Positions 1-11,188 of a DNA stretch of 63,556 bases are shown here, piece after piece. This DNA comes from Promethearchaeota archaeon. GTDB taxonomy: Archaea; Asgardarchaeota; Lokiarchaeia; Sigyniarchaeales; SOKP01. Positions within the stretch are counted from its first letter, which is position 1; every line of letters begins with the position of its first letter. The stretch lies in the NCBI GenBank assembly GCA_029838195.1, contig JALGVJ010000021.1, positions 1 to 63,556 on the forward strand, given 5' to 3'. The notes under the pieces are model-generated. The model did no database searches and was not told where the DNA came from. It worked only from the letters and a program-made list of their open reading frames with translations. The translations under genes and the position numbers were made by a program.

Positions 1-106
1 GAAAATGATCTTTGAGGTACTGAATTTGAATGGACTTGACTTGTTTTTCAATTTGAGTATCTACATACTCTTTTATTTCTTGCATTACATTAGGATCAAG
101 GGTCAT
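1..106 (-). CDS. Partial CDS running off the left edge, hypothetical (MTLDPNVMQEIKEYVDTQIEKQVKSIQIQYLKDHF...)
   Basis: ATG at 106..104, open frame to the window edge, helical protein-like composition, AT-rich upstream region; not in the ORF track. Confidence 0.55.
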   Translation of the reverse strand, partial: MTLDPNVMQEIKEYVDTQIEKQVKSIQIQYLKDHF

Positions 107-744
107 GTTTTTTTTACCATCTTTTAAATAACTCTTTCAATAACATAATAATTTATTCTTTTAAAAAATTTATTTTCTTTTTAGATAATTGAATCAACCA
201 ATTTGTTTCTATTGTATTATTTAATTTCACGGATTTATTTCAGAGATGGAAAGATACATGCTTTCGAAGATACACACCTTAAATTAATAGAAATGAAACA
301 CGATAGGCATTGGATGTCTGAAAAAAAATTCCTTTCCTTGAAAAACTGCTTAAAAAGGCACTACACCGAATTCTACGACTTTTTTCCCTTGGATTGCACG
401 CTAGAGCATTTGGCAAAAATAAAAAAATATTCCCATAACACCCTCGAACTTTCTAAACTTGTTTAAATTTTATGGTATCCATGAAACTCATGAGCTTAAC
501 GGAACAAATGTGTAATTTAAAAAGCATTAGAATTGAAATGTGTTTTAACGTGAGGAATCGGTTTTTTATTTTTTACTTTCCTCTCGTTGTAGGACCTTTT
601 GAAGATATTATAAGTGAAGAACAATTATAGCCTAAGAGATAATAACCGAATATTCTAATAGTAATCAATAGTTTTTTAAGACCAAGTAAATGTAATAAAA
701 ATAAAAAAGAGAAAAGAGAAGGATAAGAAAAATAAAAAAAAATA

Positions 745-2433
745 TTAATGATAAATGTACATGAAACGCTCCATGTAATAAACAAACACGAGATTAAAAT
801 GAGAATTAAAGTATAAATCATTTGCATGGCCACAAAGAGGGAAATAAATTATAGCACATTCTTGGTTTCCCGCAGCGGTGTAGGTGTCTTTCCATCGTTG
901 AGAAACCGTCCAATGAACTAGGGCATCTTGATATCCTTGGAATACCAAGCTTGGAGGACTCTCTGCGGTTATCATCAACTCTGGTCTCACGAGTTCGGGA
1001 GTCCCCCATTCATAAGGCAAGACATTTCCGGGATAAAATGGTATGATTCCCTTAACTTTAATTTTTGGACTAAAAAGGTATCTATATCTTCCACTATCGA
1101 TTGCGAGAGCAGTAGCACATGCCAAATGACCCCCTGCTGAGCCCCCAGAAATAAATACGGAATTCAAGTTAGCATTGTACTGGTCTGCGTGAGCAGCAAG
1201 ATATTTCGTGAATTCTCCAATATGACGGATCATGTCGTCTATGTTAAAGTTTCCTAAGACATTAACGGGCGTGAAGATATCTCCTTGCCTATTTGGGCGA
1301 TGTAAGCCATATTGTATGTCAAAAACGATGTATCCTTGAGAAGCAAAATATTTATTCATCTGCATCATATTAGAAAGGCCTTTATCATAAGATCTCCAGC
1401 TTCCTCCATGAATTCTTATTAAAACCGAACCTTGACCTGGTAAATCTTCACTATATTCTTTAGGATAATACACATCGAAGTATAATGTAATATTTTCATC
1501 TACTTCATAAGGACTCTTACTTCCATCAAAGTAAAGCACGTCTTTTTCTACAATATAATTATTGGATTTTACCCCTAAAAAGTATTGGAGCGTGGAGAAT
1601 TGGGTTTTTAAAAAATATTTGTTTTCAACATCCGTAGGGATTTTATTCCGCCAATCTTCGCCAAATGCTTCTGAAAAATTTTTTTCAGCATCTCGAATTG
1701 CCACAGGAGTTAAAGCATAAGGCATGAAAAGAATTACGGAGATAATGAGGGTGATCAAGGTAAACACGTGATAAATTTTTCGGTTTTTTTGCCCCACGTC
1801 TTTAAACACTATAGCAGTAGCGGCAAAGAACATGAAACTGAAACCAAGCGCGAGTTCTGGAATCACCATGCCTAAAAAAGCCCTATAGCCAAATAGGACG
1901 ATGGAAGCTAAATAAAATCCAAAGCCAAGTACGATGCAGAGAACGATTACATCAATGATTTTTCGTCTCAAGGTTTTATGGTACGTTTTTGGAGAGAAGT
2001 CCCAGAGCTCATTTACCTCGATTTGTTTAAATATATATGCATTCAAGAGCAATCCATACGTTAATGAGCCAAAGAACCCTCCATAAATCAAAAAATAAAG
2101 CTGATAAGCATCAGAAAAAGTCGTAGAATAGGAAGAAGAGAGGAAAAAGTTGCCAAACATCATCATGGGCATGGAAACGCTCTGAATTAGTAAATAAAGG
2201 TATAGCAATGCATTAATTATTTTTGCCGAGCGATTTTTTTTATTAAGATTATGGCTAATGTAATAGAAATAAAAGAAATTATAAAACAGTAAGAAAATGT
2301 ACGCAAACCCGCCAATGTCCCATGAGATATTGTATCTTGTAGAAATGGCATAAATTAAACCTAAGGCTATTGATATTACATGAAAGCAAAGAGATATGAG
2401 GGTTATATTTTTTACATTTAAGTATTTTTTCAT
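745..2433 (-). CDS. Membrane-anchored alpha/beta hydrolase (HSL-like esterase/lipase)
   Basis: N-terminal multi-TM region; HGGSW oxyanion motif, GGSAGG nucleophile elbow, C-terminal D and GH catalytic residues; ATG at 2433 preferred over upstream TTG. Confidence 0.85.
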   Translation of the reverse strand: MKKYLNVKNITLISLCFHVISIALGLIYAISTRYNISWDIGGFAYIFLLFYNFFYFYYISHNLNKKNRSAKIINALLYLYLLIQSVSMPMMMFGNFFLSSSYSTTFSDAYQLYFLIYGGFFGSLTYGLLLNAYIFKQIEVNELWDFSPKTYHKTLRRKIIDVIVLCIVLGFGFYLASIVLFGYRAFLGMVIPELALGFSFMFFAATAIVFKDVGQKNRKIYHVFTLITLIISVILFMPYALTPVAIRDAEKNFSEAFGEDWRNKIPTDVENKYFLKTQFSTLQYFLGVKSNNYIVEKDVLYFDGSKSPYEVDENITLYFDVYYPKEYSEDLPGQGSVLIRIHGGSWRSYDKGLSNMMQMNKYFASQGYIVFDIQYGLHRPNRQGDIFTPVNVLGNFNIDDMIRHIGEFTKYLAAHADQYNANLNSVFISGGSAGGHLACATALAIDSGRYRYLFSPKIKVKGIIPFYPGNVLPYEWGTPELVRPELMITAESPPSLVFQGYQDALVHWTVSQRWKDTYTAAGNQECAIIYFPLCGHANDLYFNSHFNLVFVYYMERFMYIYH

Positions 2434-2582
2434 GATATAAAGCCTCAAATCTATAGTCTATAATTATAGTTTTTATTTAAATTAATGTTAACGTTTAAAA
2501 TTTAAATTTCTTAAATCTTCAATAAAATTTAAATACTATTTTTAATATTTTTAAAAACTAATTATAAAAGCTTGAAAACTCT

Positions 2583-4202
2583 ATGCGACTCAACTCTTTT
2601 GAGAAACGAAGAAAAATTGAACTAATTATTTCAGCTATTTTGGGTTTAATAGGGGTTATTCTTGTACTTCTTAAAACTTCTAAATATGGAGTGGGCATGA
2701 GCGTTGATGGAACTCGATATATTTCCATTGCAAGGAATTTAGTTTCTAATGGAAAATATGAAAGTTTCTTAAATGATCCCGTGCCTCAATTTCCTCCTCT
2801 TTATCCCTTATTGTTAGCATCTTTAGGTTTTTTAGGAATCGATCCTTATGTTGGAGCAAGATTCGTGAATGCAATTGCGTTTGGATTGATAGTTTTTTTG
2901 TCTCGAGAAATTTTTTCGAAATTCATAAAGTCTTTAATCTTGGTTATTGCAGGCCAATTACTCATTCTATTCTCAATTCCTCTCTTGTGGGTTTCAAAAT
3001 GGGCTTGGACTGAACCAGTTTTCATTTTATTATTAACTTTATTTTCAATTTATTTTTTTAAGCTTATTGAAGCTCCAGAAGACCAAAAAATGAAACATGT
3101 TCTCATTCTTTCCATAATTTCAAGTCTATGTAATTTACAACGCTATATTGGCATGTTTGTCATTATTGTTTTTGGGATTCATTTTCTTTTTCTAGAAAAA
3201 AATTTTACAATATCTCGGAGAATTACAATAATATTTCTCTTTTGTTTAATTTCTGTAGCACCATTATCACTTTGGATCTTAAGAAATTTTTATATAACGG
3301 GAACTTTTATTGGAACGAGATCAAGGCCGAGAGCTTTTTCTGAAAATATACTAAATTTTGTCTATACAGTTACATTATGGATCGTATCACCAGACATCAT
3401 TACTTTTTTTAAATCCTTCCTTTCGAGTATGATTAAATTAAGTTTTCTTATAAGCAGTCTCATCATTATTGCTATTTTATTAATTTATTTAATTTTCTTA
3501 GATTTTAAAAAAAATAGGGAAAATGTAATTTACATAAAGGAATTTTATCATATTGGACTCATGATGGTAAGTTTTGTTTTCTTATTGTTCTATACCTCCC
3601 TTCAATTTAAATTTGATCCAATGGATAATAGAATAGTATCACCCCTGTATTTATATTTCATTACAATTATTTTAATTGTTCTCAAAAATTTAGCTCATTT
3701 AATTAAATCTTTATTTGCTTTTCTATCAAACAGAATTAATTTCCTTCCCAAAATTTTAAAAAATAATCGAATCGCTAGCTTGTTCGAAAAAATAATTATT
3801 ATTGTCATGATATTAATTCTTTTCGTCCATCCTTTTTTCTATAATTATAAAAGTCTTATCAGGGAAATGCAGAAAGGAGCAGGAGGATATACCTATTATT
3901 ATTGGAAGGAATCAGAAATCATTAAATATGTTCAAAATAAAGAATGGGATGGGAAAATTTATTCAAATAATCCTCACTTGATATATAGCAATACGGGCGT
4001 AATAACTTATAACTTACCCGTGAAAGGAGAAGATATTTCAGAATTTAAAGAAACAATTAAAAATGAACAGAAAGTTTATTTGATTTGGTTTGGAACAAGC
4101 GAAACGTCAGTTGCTTACTACGATTTAACCTACATCAAACAAAATTTTAATTTAAAAATTATTCAGAGTTTTCCAAACGGAACGATTTACCAATTTGTAT
4201 AG
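2583..4202 (+). CDS. GT-C fold membrane glycosyltransferase (ArnT/PMT-like)
   Basis: D..RY..IARN, FPPLYPLLLA, WTEP and RY.G motifs within a polytopic membrane protein. Confidence 0.75.
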   Translation: MRLNSFEKRRKIELIISAILGLIGVILVLLKTSKYGVGMSVDGTRYISIARNLVSNGKYESFLNDPVPQFPPLYPLLLASLGFLGIDPYVGARFVNAIAFGLIVFLSREIFSKFIKSLILVIAGQLLILFSIPLLWVSKWAWTEPVFILLLTLFSIYFFKLIEAPEDQKMKHVLILSIISSLCNLQRYIGMFVIIVFGIHFLFLEKNFTISRRITIIFLFCLISVAPLSLWILRNFYITGTFIGTRSRPRAFSENILNFVYTVTLWIVSPDIITFFKSFLSSMIKLSFLISSLIIIAILLIYLIFLDFKKNRENVIYIKEFYHIGLMMVSFVFLLFYTSLQFKFDPMDNRIVSPLYLYFITIILIVLKNLAHLIKSLFAFLSNRINFLPKILKNNRIASLFEKIIIIVMILILFVHPFFYNYKSLIREMQKGAGGYTYYYWKESEIIKYVQNKEWDGKIYSNNPHLIYSNTGVITYNLPVKGEDISEFKETIKNEQKVYLIWFGTSETSVAYYDLTYIKQNFNLKIIQSFPNGTIYQFV

Positions 4203-4400
4203 AAGATTTATCCTGAATAAAATATTTTAGAATAGTTTTGTTTTACATGTTCCGTTAAACTTTTTAATATCTTTCATGTTGTTTGATGTTTGATTGATGA
4301 GTTAGTATTTTTAGGAAAAAAACCCATTAATAATTATATTCAAGAAAAAAATAATTGAATACTATTTAAAATACAATATATTAATTCCAGAGTAGCTACC

Positions 4401-7166
4401 CTATTCTATAATAGTCAGCTCTTCTTTATCTTTAGGACTTTTTGCCTTCTCTAAAAAGTAAGGATCGATTATCCGTTCGATTTCTTTAATATCATGATGC
4501 CGTGGAACTATGGCTTTTAATCGACAAGTTGCTGCACATCGTCCGCAACCACGGCAGATCGCAGGATTTATATACGCTTTTTTGGTAGGTATGCTCACAT
4601 CTTCATATTCTTGTCTGATATCCACGAGAGAAATTGCTTCAAAAACACAAACTTCGGCACAATTTCCACATCCATTACATTTATCGAGGTTTACTTCTAC
4701 ATCTTTAAAGAAACATTCGATAGAGAGGAGAAAAGAGAGGATTTCCAATCTCGTGGCCGAAATTTCTTTCATAGTTAAAAATCTACTGGCTCTACCCGCT
4801 GCGGCGTTCGCCTCTATTATGGAATCTTGAACATTTTTGGGCCACTGAGCGCAGCCACACACGAAAATACCTTCCGTAACAAAGTCTAGAGGTCTTAATT
4901 TTTCATGAGCTTCTACGAAAAATCCATACTCATCGATTGGAATTTTTAACATGGAAGCAAGTTCATGAACTTCTTGTCGAGGGATCAAGGGTGTTGAGAG
5001 AATGATTAAATCCGTTTTAATATGGATGCTCTTCGTAGGATCTTGATAATCTTGTAAGGTAATTTCGTATTTTTCAGGATCTTTATTGATTTTCTTAATG
5101 CGAGGAATGTTTTCTAAATCATATTTTAAGTAAGTGGCAAATTTCTTTCTCTTGGAAGCAAATTTTTCAAATTCTTTTTTCGCCACGTGAAGTTCTCTAA
5201 TTAAAACAAGAACGTCTAAGCCGGGTTTTAATTCTTTCAAAATATTAATGTTTTTAATAGTATTGCTACAACAAATATTAGAACAATAAGAATATCCTCC
5301 TCTCTGTCTTGCATTAACGCACATGATAAATGTAACATTATGAATGTTATCTAACCATGAAACATCTTGCTTTTTTAATAATTTCTCTAATTCCATGTGA
5401 GTAAGAATGTTATTATTTAATTCACTATATTGAAAGAGCCCATGAGGCTTGAATTCTTGAGCACCTATGGCCACTATAATAACGCCAACTTTTATTTCTT
5501 GGTACCGGCCATCAGAACTTATTATAGAAACATCATAATTTCCAATGGACCCCTTAATCCTTTCAATTTTTGATTTTAAAAAGATATGGATCTTCTCATT
5601 AGCCTTAATTTCTGTCATTGTTTTTTCTAATAAAAGGGATGCCTTTTCCTGTATGGGATAAAGAACATTCACGTGATTAAGATTTCCCCCTAATCTACCT
5701 TCTTTTTCAATAACATACGTTTTAAATCCTTGATTTGCAATGTTTAAAGCTGCCGTCATTCCCGATATTCCTCCTCCGATTATTAAGGCTACTGGATGAA
5801 CTCGAATGATTTCTCTTTCCGATAAAATGTCTATTTCTCTATCCCGCGTTAAAGAATGCCTTTTTGCTCGTAACATGGTCGCTACTTGAGAAGCTACGCC
5901 ACTTGCATCAGCGACGGTTTCGGAAATATTCATGGGGCCATGACAAAATCCGCATAAAAACACTCCTTCACGTGTCGATAAGGACTTATTAAAATAAGAT
6001 TTTTCCTTAAAAAAGCCAAATTGATCTAACTCCACCCCCATGATTTTCGCTAACTCTTTAGTACCCCTTGAAGGAACGAGAGGCGCAGCTAAGACTGCCA
6101 AATTTGCTCTAAATACTTTATTTTTATCATTAGTTTTTAAATCATCATAATAAATTAAAATATCATTCGTTTCCGGGTCTTCTTTTAATTCGTGAACTTT
6201 GGAAAAATAATAGTGAATTCCATGTTGTTTTTCAGCCTCTTTAGTGAATTCATAAAAATTTTTTCCAAATACCCGAATATTATGCCGAAATATCGCAATC
6301 TGGGCATCATTAATATAATTTTTAGCTAAAATTCCATTTTTAGTGGTGTACATACAACAAACGCGTGAACAATAAGGTGTTTCCCGTTTTGAATACCCCG
6401 AACTCGCACAATGAATAAAAGCGATTGTCTTCGGTTCTTTTTCGTCACTCGGGCGTAATATTTGTGCCCCGAAAGGACCCGTAGGACAAGAAATGCGTTC
6501 AAATTCCAACGCATTGACAACATTCTTGTATTGATATCCCCACGTAGGTGCCAATTCTTCACCTAACATGTCAAATCCCGTAGATAAAATAATTACTCCT
6601 ATTTGTAAGGTGAGCTGCTCGGGTTTTTGATCATAATCAATAGCTCCCGCTTTACATACTTTTGAACAAACTCCACACACTCCACGTTGCATATACAAAC
6701 ATAAATTAGAATCTATTAAATATATCGGGGGAATTGCTTGAGGAAAAGGAATGTAAATGGACTTTCGCTTCCCTAAATTCATGTCAAATAAATTGGGTGT
6801 TTCTACTTTTGGACATTTTTTAGCGCAATCTCCGCATGCCCGACATTTTGTCTCATCCACATACCTAGGGTTTTTTTCAAGCGTGACTGTAAAATTCCCT
6901 GCTTTTCCTTTAACTTTTTTTACTTCGGTCAAGGTATATAATATAATATTAGGATTTTTATACACGGCAACCATCTTAGGAATGAGAGAACATAAAGAAC
7001 ATGACATGTCAGGAAATAATTTATCTAATTGTGCCATTCTACCGCCAATTGAAGGAGATTTTTCCACCAAATAGACTTTAAACCCCAGTTCCGTTAGATC
7101 CAAGGAAGCTTGGATTCCCGCAATTCCAGCACCCACCACTAAAACTGATCCAATGGTATCTTTCAT
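4401..7166 (-). CDS. hdrA: HdrA-like flavoprotein with two FAD domains, divergent paralog (921 aa)
   Basis: Two GxGxxG motifs (GAGIAG, GGGISG), GGRMAQLDK, YCSRVCCMY, several CxxCxxCxxxC ferredoxin motifs, EAHEKLRPLD. Confidence 0.9.
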   Translation of the reverse strand: MKDTIGSVLVVGAGIAGIQASLDLTELGFKVYLVEKSPSIGGRMAQLDKLFPDMSCSLCSLIPKMVAVYKNPNIILYTLTEVKKVKGKAGNFTVTLEKNPRYVDETKCRACGDCAKKCPKVETPNLFDMNLGKRKSIYIPFPQAIPPIYLIDSNLCLYMQRGVCGVCSKVCKAGAIDYDQKPEQLTLQIGVIILSTGFDMLGEELAPTWGYQYKNVVNALEFERISCPTGPFGAQILRPSDEKEPKTIAFIHCASSGYSKRETPYCSRVCCMYTTKNGILAKNYINDAQIAIFRHNIRVFGKNFYEFTKEAEKQHGIHYYFSKVHELKEDPETNDILIYYDDLKTNDKNKVFRANLAVLAAPLVPSRGTKELAKIMGVELDQFGFFKEKSYFNKSLSTREGVFLCGFCHGPMNISETVADASGVASQVATMLRAKRHSLTRDREIDILSEREIIRVHPVALIIGGGISGMTAALNIANQGFKTYVIEKEGRLGGNLNHVNVLYPIQEKASLLLEKTMTEIKANEKIHIFLKSKIERIKGSIGNYDVSIISSDGRYQEIKVGVIIVAIGAQEFKPHGLFQYSELNNNILTHMELEKLLKKQDVSWLDNIHNVTFIMCVNARQRGGYSYCSNICCSNTIKNINILKELKPGLDVLVLIRELHVAKKEFEKFASKRKKFATYLKYDLENIPRIKKINKDPEKYEITLQDYQDPTKSIHIKTDLIILSTPLIPRQEVHELASMLKIPIDEYGFFVEAHEKLRPLDFVTEGIFVCGCAQWPKNVQDSIIEANAAAGRASRFLTMKEISATRLEILSFLLSIECFFKDVEVNLDKCNGCGNCAEVCVFEAISLVDIRQEYEDVSIPTKKAYINPAICRGCGRCAATCRLKAIVPRHHDIKEIERIIDPYFLEKAKSPKDKEELTIIE

Positions 7167-7614
7167 GAGATAACCCTTCTTATTAAAATTTAGTTTAATA
7201 TCTTCCTATTTTATAAAACATTTTGCGAGAAAATGATAATAAAATCTTTTCCGTTAATCTTTAAATAAGGAAAAACGGCTATTTAAATTTTTCGTTGAAA
7301 AATGTAGGATTACGATAATAATTATTTATATATCTTTTCTTTTATGATAATCCTGAGTTTTCGTTTTGCCATTATGGATCAGATTTAGTGATTATGATAT
7401 ACGGTTCCTGGCATTACTAATGAGAAGGATCACTAAAGACAAGATAATTGATCCGATCCCAAAAAGATCTTAAATAGATCTTTCTAAAATCATCAAGTGA
7501 GAACCACTAACTCACGTTCACTTAAAAAAATAAAAGGAATATTTAATGAGAGTGTTATTGTTACCTGGCCTTCCCATCCAAAATTAAGGAATTTTACTAT
7601 TTTAATGAATTTAT

Positions 7615-8052
7615 TTAAAGTTTTTTGAGAGGGCCTAATTCTTTTATCTGATTCGTAAATTCCGTTATTAAATCCGCAAACTTTTTTCCTTCTGAAGCAC
7701 TAACCCATTCCAGTCTTACTCGCCTACCATCAATTCCTAATTGCTTTATAACAATTTCATGTACTTTTTTAAAGCGCTCACGAGTATATTCATTTCCCGA
7801 GATATAATGACAATCGCCAATATGACAGCCCGTTACGAGAACACCATCTGCCCCCTCCTTTAATGCTTTTAAAATAAAGGAAGGATCTACTCTTCCCGAG
7901 CACATTACTCGAATGATTCTCATGTTAGGAGGATATTGGAACCGTGAGACGCCCGCCAAATCAGCTCCAGCATAGGAACACCAATTGCAACAAAACACTA
8001 AGATTTCTGGGTTAAACTGCGCTTTATTTTCTTTTATTTTTGATCTTGACAT
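7615..8052 (-). CDS. mvhD: MvhD [2Fe-2S] subunit, Cys-encoded
   Basis: FCCNWCSYAGADLAG, RVMCSGRVDP, GCHIGDCHY, WVSASEG. Confidence 0.95.
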   Translation of the reverse strand: MSRSKIKENKAQFNPEILVFCCNWCSYAGADLAGVSRFQYPPNMRIIRVMCSGRVDPSFILKALKEGADGVLVTGCHIGDCHYISGNEYTRERFKKVHEIVIKQLGIDGRRVRLEWVSASEGKKFADLITEFTNQIKELGPLKKL

Positions 8053-8081
8053 TTTTTAATACATCTATTATAATAATTTTA

Positions 8082-11000
8082 TTATTCTTCTAATAAATAG
8101 GCTTCAATCATCTCATAGATCTGGTCAAAATCGTAATGCTTGACCGAGATTGCTCCGTTTGGGCAAGTTGCTGCGCAAGTTCCGCATCCCTTGCACAGTG
8201 CTGAGTTGATAAAGGATTTTTTTAATATGAGACTTAAATCCTCGAATTCCATGGAAGCTTCTTTAATTTCAATTGCATTATAAGGACAGACGGATTTGCA
8301 TTTTCCGCAACCCACGCATCGCTCGAGGATTACTTCTGCGATTAGCCCCGAGGTTTTAATGGTTTTTGCACTCAAGAATCTACTTGCTCTTCCGGCAGCA
8401 CCATTGGCTTGAGCAATGGTATCTTGAATATTTTTTGGCCATTGAGCGCAACCAGCAAGGAAAATTCCATCAGTAGCAAAATCAAGAGGTCTTAATTTTA
8501 CATGGGCTTCCAAGAAAAATCCATTTTTATCGAGCGGGACTTTTAACATCTTTGCTAGCTCCGTCAAATTATCTGCTGGAATCATGGGTGTTGAGAGGAT
8601 GATGGCATCCGTTTCAAACTCAATTTGATCGTGTAAGTTTACGTCCCGCACTTTAATTTTATATTTTTCTCCTTTTCCTTTTAATTTAGAAATAATAGGC
8701 ATGTTATCCAAGTCATATTTCAAGAACATGGCCTCTTTTCTCCGTTCACGATAATACTCTTCAAATTCTTTTTTAGCCATCTGAATGTCCCGATAGAGCA
8801 CTACAATTTCGAGGTCAGGTTTTAATTGTTTAAGAATTGCGATATTTTTCATGGCTATCCCGCAACAAATATTTGAACAGTAAGTAATACCTTTCGGTTG
8901 TCGGGCATTAACGCAAAGTACCATAGTAATGCGTTTTAATTTCTCTAACCACGATGAGGCATCGTTCTTTAATTTTTGTTCCAATTCTAATTGAGTGAGA
9001 ACATTTTTATTTTTTGAAGCATATTGAAAGAGTCCTTCGGGTTTTAGCTCTTGGGCCCCCGTTGCTACGATGATTGTTCCAATTAACATTTTTTGAACCT
9101 TGTTCTTTGAGTCCTCAATGGAAACCTCATAATTTCCAATATATCCTTTAATATCTTTAATCTTGGATTTGAGTAAAAGCGTGATATTCTTATTTGTTTT
9201 CACTTTCTTGATGGTTTCCTCAAGAATTTTCGAAGCATCTTGATGATTTGGATACAAAACATGAAGATGTTTCAAATTTCCCCCTAACTCCTTTTCTTTT
9301 TCCACGAGAAATGCTTGAAATCCTTGATTGGCAATGTTCAAGGCTGCGGTCATCCCGGCGATGCCTCCACCAATTACCAGCGCAGTCGGGGATATGTCTA
9401 ATTTTTCTTCTTTCAAGGGTTTTAGCAAGCGTGCTTTCGCGACCGCCATTCGGATCAAATCCTTGGCTTTTTCCGTGGCGGCTTCATTATCTCCCATGTG
9501 AACCCAAGAACATTGATCCCGAATATTCACCATTTCAAACAAGTATTTATTCAAGCCCGCTTCTTGACATGTCTCTTGAAATAGCGTTTCATGAGTCCTC
9601 GGCGTGCAGGAGGCTACAATGAATCGATTTAAATTATATTCATGGATCATTTCTTTAATCCTCGCCTGCGAATCACTGGAACAACTATATAAATTCGCCT
9701 CGCAATGAACCACTCCCGGTAGCTTGCTTACATACTCCACCACGCTCGATACATCAACGTATTTCCCAATGTTTATCCCACAATGGCACACTAATACACC
9801 AATACGGGGAGGATCCGTGATCTTCACCTCTATCTCGGGGACTTCAATAGTTTTTTCCTTGATGTTAGAATTTTTAACGGAATTTAATAAATTTGCCACT
9901 TGGGCGGCTACTCCACTGGCATCAGCAACGGTTTCGGGAATATCCATCGGCCCCTGACAAAAACCACATAAAAAGATGCCTTCGCGGCTCGATAAGAATT
10001 TATCAAAATAAGAACGCTCTTGGAAGAAGCGATATTTATCTAATTGAATGCCTAAAATCTCAGCTAATTCTTCAATTCCCCTCGGAGGAACTAAAGGCGT
10101 CGCTAATACAACCAAATTTGCTACAAACGCTTTAAATTCCCCCGTTTTCAAATCCTCATAATGAATTATTAAATCTTTTGTTTCCGGAACCTCTTCAATC
10201 TTGCTTATTTTAGTATTATAATATTGTACCCCATATTCTTCTTGAGCCCGCTGCGTGAATTCATAAAAATTCTTACCATAAGCCCTGATGTCGTGCCGGA
10301 ATACGTGACATTTAGACTTTTCCGAATGCTCCTTCGTTATGATCGCTTCTTTAGCCGTGTACATGCAGCAGACCGAGGAACAATAAGGAATGTTCTCATG
10401 TAAATCTCGAGAACCCGCACATTGAATGAAAGCTATGTTTTCGGGCTCATCATGATCGCTTGGCCTAAGCACGTGCCCTCCAAATGGACCCGAAGCACAT
10501 AAAATTCGCTCGTATTCCAAGGCCGTGACGACATTTTGAAATTTATAACCCCATCGAGATGATAATTCCTCGGAAAGCATTTCAAATCCGGTGGCTACAA
10601 CAATGGCACCCACTTTAATTTCGATTTCTTCCGGCTTTTGCTCATAATCTATGGCTTCCGCCTTGCAAACTTTTTGACAGACGCCACACACGTTTTTTGT
10701 CAATTTCAAGCAAATTTCAGGATCTATGAGATATACAGGAGGGACTGCTTGAGGAAAAGGAATATAAATGGACTTTCGCTTCCCTAAATTCATGTCAAAA
10801 GCGTTAGGTACCTCTATCTTTGGACACTTTGCCGCGCAATCCCCGCACCCCTTACATTTTTTCTCATCAACATATCGTGGTTTTTTAAGTACGGCTACAG
10901 TAAAGTCTCCTGCTTTTCCCTCAACTTTTTTTACCTCATGATAAGTCATGAGCTCAATATTGGGATTTCGGTAAACTTCTACCATTTTAGGGGCAAGAAT

Positions 11001-11168
11001 GCATAATGAGCAATCGTTTGTCGGAAACGTCTTGTCCAATTGTGCCATGCGACCCCCAATAGACGGGCTTTTTTCGACGAGGTAAACCTTAAAGCCTAAT
11101 TCCGTCAAGTCAAGAGAGGCTTGAATTCCCGCAATTCCCCCTCCAATTACCAATACACTTCCTTCCAT
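8082..11168 (-). CDS. hdrA: Large HdrA-like protein with two FAD modules (1028 aa), Cys-encoded
   Basis: GGGIAG x2, LDKTFPTNDCSLC, CHCGINI, ASCTPRTHE, NIRDQCSWVH, ferredoxin motifs, EAHVKLRPLD. Confidence 0.95.
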   Translation of the reverse strand: MEGSVLVIGGGIAGIQASLDLTELGFKVYLVEKSPSIGGRMAQLDKTFPTNDCSLCILAPKMVEVYRNPNIELMTYHEVKKVEGKAGDFTVAVLKKPRYVDEKKCKGCGDCAAKCPKIEVPNAFDMNLGKRKSIYIPFPQAVPPVYLIDPEICLKLTKNVCGVCQKVCKAEAIDYEQKPEEIEIKVGAIVVATGFEMLSEELSSRWGYKFQNVVTALEYERILCASGPFGGHVLRPSDHDEPENIAFIQCAGSRDLHENIPYCSSVCCMYTAKEAIITKEHSEKSKCHVFRHDIRAYGKNFYEFTQRAQEEYGVQYYNTKISKIEEVPETKDLIIHYEDLKTGEFKAFVANLVVLATPLVPPRGIEELAEILGIQLDKYRFFQERSYFDKFLSSREGIFLCGFCQGPMDIPETVADASGVAAQVANLLNSVKNSNIKEKTIEVPEIEVKITDPPRIGVLVCHCGINIGKYVDVSSVVEYVSKLPGVVHCEANLYSCSSDSQARIKEMIHEYNLNRFIVASCTPRTHETLFQETCQEAGLNKYLFEMVNIRDQCSWVHMGDNEAATEKAKDLIRMAVAKARLLKPLKEEKLDISPTALVIGGGIAGMTAALNIANQGFQAFLVEKEKELGGNLKHLHVLYPNHQDASKILEETIKKVKTNKNITLLLKSKIKDIKGYIGNYEVSIEDSKNKVQKMLIGTIIVATGAQELKPEGLFQYASKNKNVLTQLELEQKLKNDASSWLEKLKRITMVLCVNARQPKGITYCSNICCGIAMKNIAILKQLKPDLEIVVLYRDIQMAKKEFEEYYRERRKEAMFLKYDLDNMPIISKLKGKGEKYKIKVRDVNLHDQIEFETDAIILSTPMIPADNLTELAKMLKVPLDKNGFFLEAHVKLRPLDFATDGIFLAGCAQWPKNIQDTIAQANGAAGRASRFLSAKTIKTSGLIAEVILERCVGCGKCKSVCPYNAIEIKEASMEFEDLSLILKKSFINSALCKGCGTCAATCPNGAISVKHYDFDQIYEMIEAYLLEE

Positions 11169-11188
11169 GAATAAATCCTCTTTTTTTA

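Noticed and set aside
203-833. Short ORFs 203..466 and 573..833
   Set aside because: No motifs, low-complexity AT-rich sequence; the second overlaps the hydrolase 3' end
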